A stretch of 64,000 nt of DNA from Octopus vulgaris (lineage: Eukaryota), in contig OX597840.1 of assembly GCA_951406725.2 (NCBI GenBank), positions 20,584,001 through 20,648,000 on the forward strand. The letters are read 5' to 3'. A program made the position numbers and the translations under genes. The notes under the pieces are model-generated. The model had not been told where the DNA came from. It searched no databases and saw nothing but the letters and a program-made list of their open reading frames with translations. Shown here piece by piece: positions 13,647 through 28,881 of the stretch (its first letter is position 1; each line of letters opens with the position of its first letter).

Positions 13647-13914
13647 GGTGTGGTGAATATATTCCCATCTAAATTACGCAAAAATGAAAATCAGACAGAC
13701 ATCTCGTATTAACAGATACGTTTACCAAAATTACATAAAAATATCTTCAGATACTGGATAATAAATGTATTCAATAAAATTGTTATTGGCTTCAGGAACG
13801 GCTTCCAGATGACTTTGGAATCTCCTGCAACTCTTCTGGATGGTTTCCTTGATTAAGCTTAAAAATGTTTCGACCAAAGATTGGTCTACGCTATGTCTAA
13901 CTTTATAGCACCAC

Positions 13915-13917
<3 letters not shown>
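13644..13917 (-). mobile_element. Internally deleted Tc1/mariner (maT/DD37D-like)
   Basis: Minus strand KETIQKSCRRFQSHLEAVPEANNNFIE; CAGG..CCTG termini flanked by (TA)n; related end at about 20495. Confidence 0.65.
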
Positions 13918-13982
<65 letters not shown>

Positions 13983-13986
<4 letters not shown>

Positions 13987-14147
13987 TAATCCAAACAAGA
14001 AAGCACAAAAAACACAACAACGCGAGGACGTGGAACAAATATAGTATTATTGGACGCTCAGGAAAGAAGGAGGGTTTAACGTTTCGAGCGGAGCTCTTCG
14101 TCGGAAACATGCGATGTGTAAAACATCTGATGGTCTGGTCGGTCACG

Positions 14148-14148
<1 letters not shown>
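13983..14148 (-). mobile_element. PLE-like terminus H2 with hammerhead-like motif
   Basis: Between (TA)n tracts; minus 14074-14108 reads gttt CCGACGA a gagc-tcc-gctc GAAAC GTT aaac; homolog at 59972-60172. Confidence 0.7.
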
Positions 14149-14197
<49 letters not shown>

Positions 14198-14257
14198 TGT
14201 GTATATCTATTTTATATATATAAATATAATACATACATACATACATACATACATACA

Positions 14258-14330
<73 letters not shown>

Positions 14331-14444
14331 GGGTACGTGTTTTCGTGCGTGCGCGTGTTTGTGCACTTGTGTGTGTGTGTGTGCGTGTGTGTGTGTGTGT
14401 ATCTATCCGTGTATGTTTGAATGCATATAGACAGATAGATAGAC

Positions 14445-14479
<35 letters not shown>

Positions 14480-15120
14480 CGGATAGACAGAGAAATGCGT
14501 AAATGTGTACACTTATATTTAGTACATCCGTGTGCACTCGGATGGGGAAAAGGACCAACGGTGGAAATTGCCTCAGGAGAAAACTTCTTATCGACAACAC
14601 ATGTGAAAACACGTCTTCGGGCTTTGAATGACGTCAACAGACCGTAGGACGCATGCATTTCTGCGTCCATCAACTGCGCAAAACCGAATCCGTCGTTAAC
14701 AGCCCACAAAGCAACAGCCGCTCTTATATTTACACAACAAATACTACATATGCTGATGTGTGCAAAGCCTTATCAAGCTGGAATTAATTAACGGGAGGTG
14801 CACGAACCGGAGTTGATTGAAATAAGAGCGTGGACAATTATATTTAACACGTTTGTGTGCACACTTCCATACGTTACATACAGGCAAGCATATAAACTTA
14901 CAAATTCATAAACGCATAATTCTCATGCATACATACATCAACCCCACCACTCATGCAGATACATACATACATTGCATACATATACACACATACACGCACA
15001 TACATTTACACACATTATGTATATAAATATATACATACAAGTATGATTAGCGCTAACTCACGAAACTCAGTCTTTTTGAGTCACTCTGTTGCTTCTGTTA
15101 AATGTTAATATATATGTATG

Positions 15121-15320
15121 TAGGAGAGTTCACGAAAAAATCAAGAGACGAAGACAGGAGGTGTACAAAACAAAAAGATGTATTAGTATAACGCTCAGGA
15201 ATAGAAAAAGTCTTTTACGTTTCGAGCCTACGCTCTTCTACAGAAAGGGACACAGAAAAAAAACAAGGAGAGAAACAAGGAGAGAGAAAAGGAGAGAAAA
15301 AAAACAAGGAGAGAAAAAAA
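15121..15320 (-). mobile_element. PLE-like terminus H3 with hammerhead-like motif
   Basis: Minus 15212-15247 reads cttt CTGTAGA a gagc-gtag-gctc GAAAC GTA aaag; homolog at 34270-34575. Confidence 0.65.
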
Positions 15321-15772
15321 TGTATGTATGTATGTGTATGTGTGTGTGTGTGAGTGTGTGTGTGTATTATAGTAATAGCAATAATAATCTTTGGGTGGAA
15401 CTTATAACTATTTTAATGCATCGCTACGCGCGTTTTCACAGATTACATGTTTTTTATGATCCTAGACCGTATCCCTGGGATGATGACAGTGCAGTCTGTA
15501 ATATCCATGGTCATCGGATGGATCCTGTTCATGTACTCAATTCTTCGCCAGTTCGTATCATCAGGCTGTCGCCGGAATAAGAGAATAGCAGCTTCTATGT
15601 GCATATTCAAAACGTTTCCCGCCAACAAACTTAAAGATACACACACACGCACACCACACATATATACATACATATGTATATATACACACACTTATATATA
15701 CACGTACACATATATATATATATAAATGTATAAACATATACATATGTATACATACATATATATGTATATATG

Positions 15773-15836
<64 letters not shown>

Positions 15837-16227
15837 CACACACACACACATACATATACATCTTGTATGACTAGCAAGTCCAGCTTTGGACAAACAGACC
15901 TTATTGCAGATGTTAGACACATCTTCGGGCATAAACGTGTCTCAGATTTGACGTTAAATCCCTTTCCCGAACTGCTAATTTCAAGATAGCGTGTTCGATT
16001 CCTCATGTTTCAAATACTTTTACAACCATTATTGATCATTTCTTTTCAAACCGATCGATCTTTCATCGACTGCTTACCAGTCCTCAACATTCTGAGATTA
16101 AGAGTCTTAAAGTTGCTCTCGATGGCTTCCCTGAAGTGTTTGTCAGTTTTTTAATGGCGGCGACGTTTACCGCGTTGCAACACCTCAAGCATATACATAC
16201 GTATAGTTTGTTGAATTCATAATTATA

Positions 16228-16271
<44 letters not shown>

Positions 16272-16465
16272 ATATATATACATACATACGTCTTTGTGTT
16301 TATGTAGATAGTATGTGCGTATATATACATATATACGTTTGTGTGTGTGTGCGTGTGTGTGTGTGTCTATCTATCTCTCTATCTACCTATCTATTTATGT
16401 ATGTATGTATGTATGTATGTATGTATGTATGTATGTATGTATGTATCTATCTATCTATCTATCTA

Positions 16466-16525
<60 letters not shown>

Positions 16526-16565
16526 TCTATCTAACTATCTATCTACCTATCTATTAATGTATCTT

Positions 16566-16614
<49 letters not shown>

Positions 16615-17399
16615 TTACCTATGTAGGTGTGTATGTACATATATGATGCGCGAATAACAATGCATGCGTATTTATACATACAAATATATACATATATATA
16701 TACACACACAAACACACACACACAAACAAACAACCACACACACATACACACGCACACATATATATGTGTTTGTAAAGGCGTAATGCTAGGTGCGTTGATT
16801 CCGCCGTAAAAAAGATGACAGTCTCTCCTTTAAGTTAAATTGCTTTCTTCCCTTTTTGCGCTCCATTGTTTGTCGTCTGCCAAAACTCGGCGCACTTCAT
16901 AGATTCTTATCAATCTACACACACACGTACACACACGTACACACACACACACACGCGCGCGCACACACACACACACGTAGACACGTGCGCGCACACGAAC
17001 ACACTGACATACGTGCGACTGTATATATACGTATGAATACGTACACACACACACATAGATATGTATGTAGATATATTTGAATATATATATATATATATAT
17101 ATATACACATCCATGGTTTTATTAATATATATATATATGTTATATATGTGTGTATTTGTGTGTATTTATATATATATATATATATAATATATACGTGTAT
17201 ATATATATATATATGTTCAAATATATCTACATACATATCTATGTGTGTGTGTGCGTATGTATATATATATATATATACATATTTATATATATACGTATAT
17301 ATTATACACGCACATATATAAATATGTATATACATATATAAATACATACACAGTTTGCATGTGTGTATGCATATTTGTGCATATGTACATTCGTGTAGG

Positions 17400-17666
<267 letters not shown>

Positions 17667-17938
17667 ATATATACAGAATTGTGCGTGCGTTCGTTCTGCC
17701 GTTACTTCGGTCTATGATGTCTCTCCTGTCATCTCTCTCCGACATTATCAACTTTCCAATATCCTTGGCCTCTTGTTGTTCTTGTTGTTGCTGTCTTTGT
17801 CCTATAATTTATTTACTGTTCCCCGCCCCCGCCTTTCTTTCTCCCGCCCCCCTCAGTCTGTCTGTCTGTCTCTCATTCTCTCTGTTATGTATACACTTTA
17901 CACACAAGCACGCACACATATACATTCGCACACATACC

Positions 17939-17975
<37 letters not shown>

Positions 17976-18009
17976 GCACGCAGAAATGTTTCTTAAGTTC
18001 ACAGGATCA

Positions 18010-18400
18010 TCACCATAAGATCGTCATCAGCAATCTTATCATCATCATCAGCATCAGCATCATTATTATCGTCCTCCTCTTCATCGTCGTCATCGTCATT
18101 ACCACCACCACCACCACCACAATCATCACCATCACCACCATCACCACGAACACCACCACCACCATCACCACCACCATCACCACCACCACCACTACCTCCA
18201 CCACCACCAGCAACAACAACAACACCATTACCACCACCACCACCACCTCAACCACCACTACCACCACCACCTCAATCACCACCACCACCACCAGCAACAA
18301 CAACAACACCATTACCACCACCACCACCACCTCAACCACCACCACCACCACTTCCACAATCACCACCACCACCACCACCACCACCACCACCACCACCATC
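18010..18400. repeat. (CAT)n/(ACC)n low-complexity tract
   Basis: Seen directly. Confidence 0.9.
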
Positions 18401-18527
18401 CTCGTTATCATCTCGATCGCTATCGTTTTGTCATCTCCATTTCGCTTTTTTTAATTTCATCATCGCAATTTCTGTAATCTCCTTTATTGCACTCTGTCGC
18501 CATATTGATGCACACTCACGCGCGCAG

Positions 18528-18565
<38 letters not shown>

Positions 18566-18644
18566 TAGCTTGCGTGTGTAATCTTACACACTACACATAT
18601 AAAAATGACGAATTTAACTCCCTCCAAGCACCAATACCTATTTG

Positions 18645-18925
18645 TGTATGTAAGTCATTATTCAGTTTTAGTTCAATATTTCTTGCCTTTAGAGAAAGAA
18701 CCGGTTTCTAACCTACATCCAAGGTTCCTTCATTGGAATTTCAACATCAACAACAGGATGTTTTTGTTTGTGTGTATGTATGTATATGTGCAGATTTGAA
18801 TGTTTTGTTTTATGCATGTCTTCTCATGCATATATTTGCATATCTAGACATGCTCTTATATATTTAAATGATAAACTTCTGGAAAGTTTTACAGATTTTT
18901 ACAGTTCCAGTGATGGATTGGATAT
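18645..18925 (-). mobile_element. R4/Dong-like LINE 3' end
   Basis: IQSITGTVKICKTFQKFII* plus 3' UTR; near-identical coding tail at about 58126-58186. Confidence 0.75.
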
Positions 18926-19026
18926 ACATGTATGTATGTATGTATGTATATATAAATAATAATATAAATAATATATATGTATGTGTATGAGTATGTAAAT
19001 ATGTGTATATAATATAATATAATATA

Positions 19027-19065
<39 letters not shown>

Positions 19066-19067
<2 letters not shown>

Positions 19068-19162
19068 TTCCATTCTAGCAAAAACTGTCCGGTGAACAGT
19101 GAACGGCAACGGGAAACTCAGAGTAACAGGTTTTGTTGAATTTTCTGCTGCTTTAAATAAAG

Positions 19163-19165
<3 letters not shown>
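19066..19165 (+). mobile_element. PLE-like terminus H1, single arm
   Basis: Same sequence as the arms at 35172-35405 and 59708-59955; core interrupted by a short duplication; inside (TA)n. Confidence 0.75.
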
Positions 19166-19203
<38 letters not shown>

Positions 19204-20149
19204 CGTATGTGTATGTGTGCAAGTTGTATGTCGTATATTGAACGCTGTTTTACTTCGTTTGTAACCACCCACACCCACCCACTCACATGAGAACACACCC
19301 ACCCGCCATGTTTAACGTTACCGCTTTTTTTCCTCTCTGTGGCGTCACACAGCATGGATTTGTGAAACTATTTAGTACATAACCGAATATTATTATTTTT
19401 GTAGCAAGTGTAAATATGTAGTTAACCATATTAACATCTGATAAACATTAAATATGTCCTGACATACCAGTGTACACACGCACGCATATGTATGTATTTA
19501 TGTATGCATACATATATACACACATACATATATATGTATGTGTGTATATGTATTTATACTTCATATATATGTGCGTATATATATATATATATATATATAT
19601 ATGCATATTTATACATATACGTACACATATATGTATAGATAGATAGACACACAAAGAACATAATTGTATGTTGTTTAATTGGATTATTTTCACATAGTTA
19701 AACGTTTCTAGTTAATTGTCCTCATCAGTAACTCTAAAATAATAAGTCTAACTCTATTCCTAATTAATAAAATACTAGCTAACACATCTTCAAAATTGTT
19801 GGACGCATTTCATCGGTCATGTGACCTATGACGACAATTACACTCCGTCAGGTATCAAGAGTTTGTTATACTTTGGTATTTGGTATATTCCAGCAAGTTG
19901 AGATAAGCTCGGACCTTTCGATTCACGATTTGCCGTGGCGTGACGGATGATGTGAAGCTTCTCCGTAAAACTGGGGTCGCAAGGCACTGAACCCCGTTGC
20001 CAACACCCAAACCAACCTAACATTCACTTCCTGCAATATTTACATTTTAGATAAGATTTCAATGAAATAATTCGTAGGTGATGTTGCATCCTAATGCTAT
20101 ATATCTTTTATGCATGACTTGTAACGAACCCCGTACTTTTCTATTTTTC

Positions 20150-20430
20150 ATACGCCTGGTACTTATTCTATCGGTCACTCTATTGGAGAAACGCTAGATA
20201 ACGGGGACGTAAACACACAAACATCGGTTGTCAAGTGGTACTGGTGGGGACAACAAACACACACACAAAGATACACACACACTGATATTTATTTACGATG
20301 GGCTTCTTTCAGTTTCCGTCAACCAATTCCACTCACAAGCCTTTGGTTGGCCCGAGGCTATAGTAGAAGACACTTGCCCAAGCTGTCACACAGTGGGACT
20401 GAACCCGGTACCACGTGTTTAGGAAGCAAG
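20150..20430 (-). mobile_element. SINE-A, diverged
   Basis: Match to other copies. Confidence 0.8.
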
Positions 20431-20463
20431 TTTAAGCATGTATGTAGATATGTATGCATGAAC

Positions 20464-20497
<34 letters not shown>

Positions 20498-20688
20498 CAG
20501 GTGGAGCTATTGAGATAGACATGGCCTGGACCTATACTGGCAGAAGCCTATCAAAGTTATATGCGTGTGTATATATATCTATGCATATGTATACGTTATT
20601 AATTTATGATTATGTATATAGGGACATATATACACACGCACACACACACACACACACACACAAATATAATATATGCGTATACACAGTG

Positions 20689-20719
<31 letters not shown>

Positions 20720-20816
20720 TATATGTATGTATAAATACACATACACACACATATATGTATGTGTACATGCAAATATATATATACACACACTCACATAAAT
20801 CCATAGTTAAATAAAG

Positions 20817-20857
<41 letters not shown>

Positions 20858-21232
20858 CAAAATACACACACACACACACACACACACACATTCATGCGTA
20901 CATACAAACACACACACACACACCCGTACCCATACGTACCCTCCTCACACACTGTCGTCTGCCTCATTCAATCGGCAGCGTTTTTACTTCCAGCCAAAAA
21001 CCTATTAAGCATTTCTTTTTAAAAACAACTTTTCCGACTTAATTTGCTGCTCCCCACACCCCACACCCCACACCAGCCACATCCAGAACACAGTCATCCA
21101 CTTCACACACACACACACACTTGCTTATATATATATATATACACTCACGGCATGATTGTACGCGTTTGAAGGTTATTGTATGTCGTGATATTTTTTTCTA
21201 CGAATATGCACAGCGCAATGTATGTATGTTTG

Positions 21233-21264
<32 letters not shown>

Positions 21265-21273
21265 TATTGTGTA

Positions 21274-21376
<103 letters not shown>

Positions 21377-21400
21377 TATATATATATATATGTATATGTT

Positions 21401-21432
<32 letters not shown>

Positions 21433-21434
21433 CT

Positions 21435-21467
<33 letters not shown>

Positions 21468-21597
21468 ATAAAGACATATATATATGCAAACACACACACG
21501 TCTATATATTAAACATAATATATTAGTACACATGTATACTACTGTACATATATACTTATATACATATACATGTGTGTATACACATACACACACACAA

Positions 21598-21639
<42 letters not shown>

Positions 21640-21914
21640 GCATACATGTACACATACATACACACACATACATACATACATACATACATACATGCACACA
21701 TATATATATAGCCGTCTATTTCAATTTTTTGTGTGTGTGTTTTGCCTCCCTAACACCCTCTCCTCCTCCCGCCCTCCACCCCTTTTTCCGTTCCTTATCA
21801 CTTTTACAAAACTTTCATCTCTCTGACTCACCGCTTAAGCTTCCATCTTTTTTCTTTTTTTTTTCTTTTTTTTCACAACCTGCACTTTCTTTCAAATATT
21901 CTCTCACCACCACC

Positions 21915-21964
<50 letters not shown>

Positions 21965-22039
21965 CCCCGACCCAGACCACATCGCCACAGCGTATGCCAG
22001 ACCCCACTCCGCTCCTCCTTTTGTCTCACCATTCGTTTA

Positions 22040-22054
22040 TTATTATCATTATTA

Positions 22055-22100
<46 letters not shown>

Positions 22101-22101
22101 C

Positions 22102-22132
<31 letters not shown>

Positions 22133-23022
22133 CATTATTATTATTATTATTATTATTATCATTATTATTATTATTATTATTATTATCATTATTATTATTA
22201 TTATTATTACTATTATTATTATTATTATTATTATTATCATTATTATCATTATTATCATTATTATTATTATTATTATCATTATTTTTATTATTATTATTAT
22301 TATTGTCATTATTATTATCATTATTATTATTATTATTATTATTAGTATTGTTGTTGTTATTATTGTCAACGTTGATGTTTTTGGTATTTTTTGATAAATT
22401 TTTTTCCACGCTTTATTTATCGCTTGTTTAGCTATTTGTCTAATTATTTTCTCAACCCGCCATCCCACCCCGTGCCACCGTTGCATTCAACCACCTGTAC
22501 CCGCCGCGCTACCACCATCACCACCCTCTCACCTGTGCCATCTCATCATCCACAACTGCCTCCGCAGTCACCAGTGGCACCTCAGCCTCCACCAATTTAC
22601 TACCTCTACCTCCATTTTATCCTGATACTGATGATGATGACGATGATGATGATGATGGTGATAATGATGATGATCATAATCATCATCATCATCATCATCA
22701 TCGTCGTCGTCATCACCATTATCATCATCAGCGTCAACAATATCACCTTCATCCTCATCACCATCATCATCACCACCACCACCACCATCATCGTATCATC
22801 ATCATCATCATCACCATCTCCATCATCATTGTCATCATCATCATCGTCGTCGTCATCATCATCATCATCACCATTTCTATCATCATCATCACCACCACCA
22901 CCAACACCACCACCACATCCACCACCACCATCATCATCGTCATCATCATCATCATCATCACCACAACCACCACCACCATCATCATCGTCGTCGCCGTCAT
23001 CGATGTCATCATCCTCATCCTT
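22040..23022. repeat. (ATT)n and (CAT)n/(ACC)n tracts
   Basis: Seen directly. Confidence 0.9.
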
Positions 23023-23290
23023 GTAATCATTTGATGCTTTGATCACCTTCCTCTCGTCTTCATCACCCACACCCCATCCCAACACTCATCGTTGCATCCT
23101 TGGATTTTTCTTCGCAAAAACTCTTTTTTCGTCTACTCTCCCTCCCTCTCTCCTTCCTTCCCAACTGTCTGTGTCTGCCTGTCTGTCTGTCTAATCCTCT
23201 AAAATCCTCTTTCATTCTTTCTCTTCCTCTCTTTGTATACATGCATGCATACATTCATATATGTGCGTATGTGCATGTACACACGCACAC

Positions 23291-23365
<75 letters not shown>

Positions 23366-23422
23366 TATATATATACACATATATGCATAGATCTATATAT
23401 ACCTGTATATATACATTTACAT

Positions 23423-23603
<181 letters not shown>

Positions 23604-23711
23604 TATATATATGTATACATGTATATATATACACATATATCAAAACAATATTTTAGCAACTTTTAATATATTTCACATTTCTTTACATTCACTTTTCCTC
23701 TTTCTCACTCT

Positions 23712-23763
<52 letters not shown>

Positions 23764-24019
23764 GCCTTTTTTCCTTCTTCTTTCGTTGCTCTCCGCCACC
23801 TTCCCGCCGGCCGCCATATTTGTACCTGTCTGTCTGTGGTTTGTGAGAACCTAAACCATCGCCGAAAGTTCGTCTGTATCTGCTCCACTCCACAATCATT
23901 CATTCAGCGTCTTTGATGCCAAGAAATGCGAGAATAACAACAAGAACAAGAACAACAAGTGTAATAACTTTGGCAATAGCAATAAAAACAACGGCAAATG
24001 CAGTGTTTTAATTAAATAG

Positions 24020-25140
24020 CATGGGAGAGAGAGATGGGGGGAGAGAGGAAGAGAGGGTGGAAGAGAGGGTGAGAGAGATGAGAGAGAGAGAGGAGAGAGA
24101 GGGAGAGAGGGTGAGAGGGGAAGGAGAGAGGAGAGAGAGATGGGAGAGAGAGAGGAGAGAGAGGGAGAGAGAAAGGAGAGAGAGGGAGAGAGAGAAGAGA
24201 GAGAGATGGGAGAGAGAGAGGAGAGAGAAAGGAGAGAGAAAGGAGAGAGAGATGGGGAGAGAGAGGGAGAGAGATGGGGGAAAGAGAGGGAGAGAGAGAG
24301 GAGAGAGAGAGAGAGAGGGAGAGAGAGAGAGGGAGAGAGAGGAGAGAGGGAAGGAGAGAGAGTGGAGGAGGAATAAGACAATATCTAAAGAAGAAAGAAA
24401 AATTGAAGGAAATAAGACGGAAGGAAGGAAAGAAAGAATGAAGAAAAGAACGAAGAGAGGAAAGAAAGAGAAGAAAGAGTGAAGGGATAAGGGTAGGCGG
24501 AAAGAAAGACGGACGGGCCGAAGGAAAGAAAGCAGTGAAGGAAAAGAAAGAAAAGAAAGAAAAATAGAAGGAAATAAGACGGAAGGAAGGAAAATGAAGA
24601 GAAGAAAGAGTGAAGAGATAAGGGTAGACGGAAAGTGAGAAAGAAAGAAAGACGGACAGGCCGAAGGAAAGAAAGAAGTGAAGGAAAAGAAGGGAAAGAA
24701 AGAAAAATTGAAAGAAGGCAAAAAGAAAAGACAGTAAAAAAAATGACAGAAAGACAGAAAGAGTGAGAAGATCAGGTTGGGAAGAAAGACAGTGAGGAAG
24801 GAAGGAAGGAAGGAAGGAAGGAAGGAAGGAATAAAGAAGGAAGGAAGGAAGGAAGGAAGGAAGGAAGGAAAGGACGGAAGGAAAGGAAAGAAGGAAGGAA
24901 GGAAGAAAGGAAGGAAGGAAGGAAGGAAGGAAGGAAGGAAGGAAGGAAGAAAGGAAGAAAGGAAGGAAGGAAGGAGGGAAGGAAGGAAGAAAGAACGAAA
25001 GAAAGAATGGAAGAAAGAAAGAAAGGAAGAAAGGAAGGAAGGAAGGAAGGAAGGAAGGAAGGAAGGAAAGGAAAGGAAAGAAAGAAAGAAGGAAAGAATG
25101 AAGGAAAGGAAGGAAGGAAGGAGGGAAGGAAAAGAAGAAA
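24020..25140. repeat. Polypurine (GA)n/(GGAA)n tract of about 1.1 kb
   Basis: Seen directly. Confidence 0.95.
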
Positions 25141-25169
25141 CACCGCGAGAAAGAAGGAAAGAAATAGTC

Positions 25170-25382
25170 CTTTCCACTCTAGGCACGTGGGCAGCTATTT
25201 TGAGGGGAGGGGCAAATGGATTTCATCGACCCGAGTACTCAACTGGTACTTGTTTTATGGATCCCCGAAAAGATGAAAGGCTAAGTTGACCTCGGCGGAA
25301 TTTGTGCTCAGAACGTGAAGACGGATGAAGTAGCGTGAAGCACTTCTGTCCGGAATGCTAGCGATGGTGCCAGCTCGCCGCC
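25170..25382 (-). mobile_element. SINE-B, alternative-tail variant, diverged
   Basis: GATGAAAGG..GACCTCGGCGGAATTTG..GCCAGCTCGCCGCC; tail ACTCTAGG shared with 52522. Confidence 0.75.
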
Positions 25383-26250
25383 CCGTGGAAGGAAAGAGAT
25401 AATGAAAGAAAGAAATGAAGGAAGGAGTGGCTGTGTGAAAGCGAGAAGAGCGATGGAAATACAGTTAAGTACTGGGGTATCGATCAGTTCGACTAGAAAC
25501 CCGTCAAGACGGTGCTACAGTATGGCCGCAATCCAAGGACTGAAACAAGTAGGAGATAAAAAATAAAGATAAAATAGAAAGGAACAGCAATTATCACGTT
25601 ACGGTCGAATACATGCTGCCCTCCTTTGTGGTGGCCACCTCGGGGACTTATTTGTATAATGAATAGTCTGCACAGTAAAGGAAGTGCAATACATCTGCTT
25701 AATATGCATATTCGGAGAAGAACGTTGTGGTTTGCTTGAAGCATTGTAATACAGAAGTAAAATAACAGAATAATGAAGACGGAGAGCTTCTCAGAATGCA
25801 AAAAGAAAAGTTAAATAATCTTTATACTTCGGGCACAAACGCCCATCATCAGAAGCTAACGGCTTAGAAACTGAATCAACAAGGAAGGATCGATATAAAC
25901 TTACATTTCTAAGCTGTTCGATTCTGATGATGGGTTTAAGGTTGATGATGGGCCTTTGTGCTCGAAATATTTATCAGGTTATTATTCATCATTGTATATT
26001 AGAGAATGCATTTTTGTTGGAGGCTTGATGCGGTCGTGGGCTAATTAGACAAATGGATCTGAGGGGTTGCGCGTCGTTCGGCATCGTTTCGGGAAACCAC
26101 AACAACAACAACAACAGCAAAACTAATAACAATAACATCAACAAAAACGACACAGGTATAAATTCCATGTCTGAGCGTCTGGACGCCTGTGTGGATGCGC
26201 ATTTTGTGTACGTCGCGGAAGGATTGTATCTGAGTGTAAGGCGCTGTACG

Positions 26251-26373
<123 letters not shown>

Positions 26374-26374
26374 T

Positions 26375-26567
26375 AGGCGCAGGAGTGGCTGTGTGGTAGT
26401 ACTTGCTAACCACATGGTTCGGTTCAGTCCCTGCGTGGCATCTGGGAAGTGTCTTCGCTAGCGGCCGACCAATGCCTTGTGATATATATATATATGTATA
26501 TATATATATGTGTGTATGTGTTTGTGTGTCTGTTTTGTCCCCTATGTTGACAACCGATGCATGTTTC
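26375..26567 (+). mobile_element. SINE-A copy with many small deletions
   Basis: Collinear with the other copies but with numerous 1-3 nt gaps. Confidence 0.8.
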
Positions 26568-27351
26568 GTATATATATATATGGTCTATATATATATATCG
26601 CAGTATATATATATATTGTATATATATATATGTATATATATATGTATATATATGTATATATAATATATGCATGTATATATACATATATATGATTATATAA
26701 TATATAAATATATATATAGTATATATATATTTGTATAAATGTACGTATATATGCATATATATATATGTGTGTATATATATATGTATATGCATATGTATAT
26801 ATATATATATATATATACACACGCATACACATATAATATATATAGGCGTGCATGCATTCGGGTGTTCATGTATGTATAAACCAATACACAAACACACACA
26901 CACACACACAAACACTGACACATACACGAGAGAGAGAGAGAGAGAGAGGGGTGGTGGAGGGAGACAAAAGAAGAGATGTCGAAAGAAAGAGGGTATGCGT
27001 GGGAGAGAATAAGCTTAATGTGTGTTAATAAAAAGATCATCATCGGGGTAGATATTTTATATAATACATACGGGTGGGCGGGGGATTGGGATTGAAACCC
27101 GATAGCCAGGAAGGAAAAGTAATCTTTGCTGTATCGTATCGTACCCGACGAACACCCAACATGAATTACAAAACACATCAAGACTCTTCTCACTGGGCCG
27201 GCACCCGCATTCTATACCCGGGGTGGTGAACCTAGGTAATAGAGCGAGCGAGATTAGATAACAAAGTGGTCGCATTAGACAGTAAACGGACGCCAGTGTA
27301 GACAGAAAAGCGCTGGCTGTGACATATATATACACATACATGCGCGCGCGG

Positions 27352-27399
<48 letters not shown>

Positions 27400-27749
27400 A
27401 TATACGTATTTGTGTATATGCATATGTATGTATATATATATATATATATTCTTACATATGTATGCATATATATGTGTGTGTGCGTGCGTATGTATATATA
27501 TATATATATATATAACCTTGTATTTATATATGTATGTACATATCTATCTATCTATCTGTGTGTGTGTATGTGTATATGTATATATACATGCATACATGTA
27601 TACATACACATATATGCATATATATATGTATATATACATATATGTATACATACATATATATACATATATATATATATACATATTTACATGTATATATATG
27701 TGTGTGTGTGTATACATATATATTTATATGTTCATATATATATATATCT

Positions 27750-28126
27750 CTTTTACTCTTTTACTTGTTTCAGTCATTTGACTGCGGCCATGCTGGAGCA
27801 CCGCCTTTAATCGAGCAAATCGACCCCGGGACTTATTCTTTGTAAGCCCAGTACTTATTCTATCGGTCTCTTTTGCCGAACCGCTAAGTGACGGGGATAT
27901 AAACACACCAGCATCGGTTGTCAAACACAGACACACAAACACACACATACATATACATATACACGACGGGCTTCTTTCAGTTTCCGTCTACCAAATCCAC
28001 TCACAAGGCTTTGGTCGGCCCGAGGCTATAGTAGAAGACACTTGCCCAAGGTGCCGCGGAGTGGGACTGAACCGGGAACCATGTGGTTGGTAAACAAGCT
28101 ACTTACCACACAGCCACTCCTGCGCC
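27750..28126 (-). mobile_element. SINE-A, near full length
   Basis: tRNA-like head (GTGGCTGTGTGG / GGTTCAGTCCC), CCTTGGGCAAGT core, microsatellite linker, 3' module. Confidence 0.92.
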
Positions 28127-28834
28127 TATATATGTATGTATGTATCTATGTATGTGTGTTTATGCATGTATATATATATATGTGTGTGGGTGTATGTGAG
28201 AGAGAGAGTCTGTGTATGTGTATATGTGTTACATTTATATTCTGTCTTATATCTTTTACCTGATCTAGTCACTTCACTGCGGCCAGACTGGGGCAGACTC
28301 CTAAAAGGTTTTAGTCGAACAAATCTGTCCCAATGTTTTATTTTTTATATATTTTTTTATATCGGCTCTCTTTTTTTGTCGAATCGCCAAGTTACGGGGA
28401 CGTCATCAAACCAACATCGGATGCCGAGCGGTGTTTGGGGGACAGACACACGCATGCATATACTGAGTGGGCCATAACGATGAGACATTTGAAATGCTAG
28501 TATGTGTGTGTGTGTGTGCATGCGTGTGTTTATGTTTAGTCATAATAAAGACAATTTTTACATTAATCTGATCCCGTTTCTTCCTATTTTTTGTCGAGTT
28601 GAAGTTTATTCTTAAAGAATAATGTCGTTGACAGTCTCTTGGAAGATTCGGCTGGAAGATCAGCCACCGTGGGACTGCCAGGCATTAACATACGAAGCTC
28701 TCTCCCTGGACGAATGAATTCGAAAGCAATAAATTTAATCAAAAGCCCCAAATTTAATCAAGGAAAAATTTCTCTAAAACACCTTTTACACAGGCTAAAA
28801 CGTAATTCCAGGACCTTCCCCATCAATATCCAAC

Positions 28835-28849
28835 ATCATTATCATCATC

Positions 28850-28881
<32 letters not shown>

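Noticed and set aside
14525-14668. Short palindromes CATCCG..CGGATG and GGACGCA..TGCGTCC as a structured RNA
   Set aside because: Stems of 6-7 bp with no second copy or covariation are within chance expectation for 64 kb.
19838-20030. Minus-strand exon after TTGCAG
   Set aside because: All three phases hit stops before a donor.
26375-26567. SINE-A with dense micro-deletions as a novel mutational process
   Set aside because: Scattered 1-3 nt deletions with few substitutions look more like unpolished long-read error; needs read inspection.
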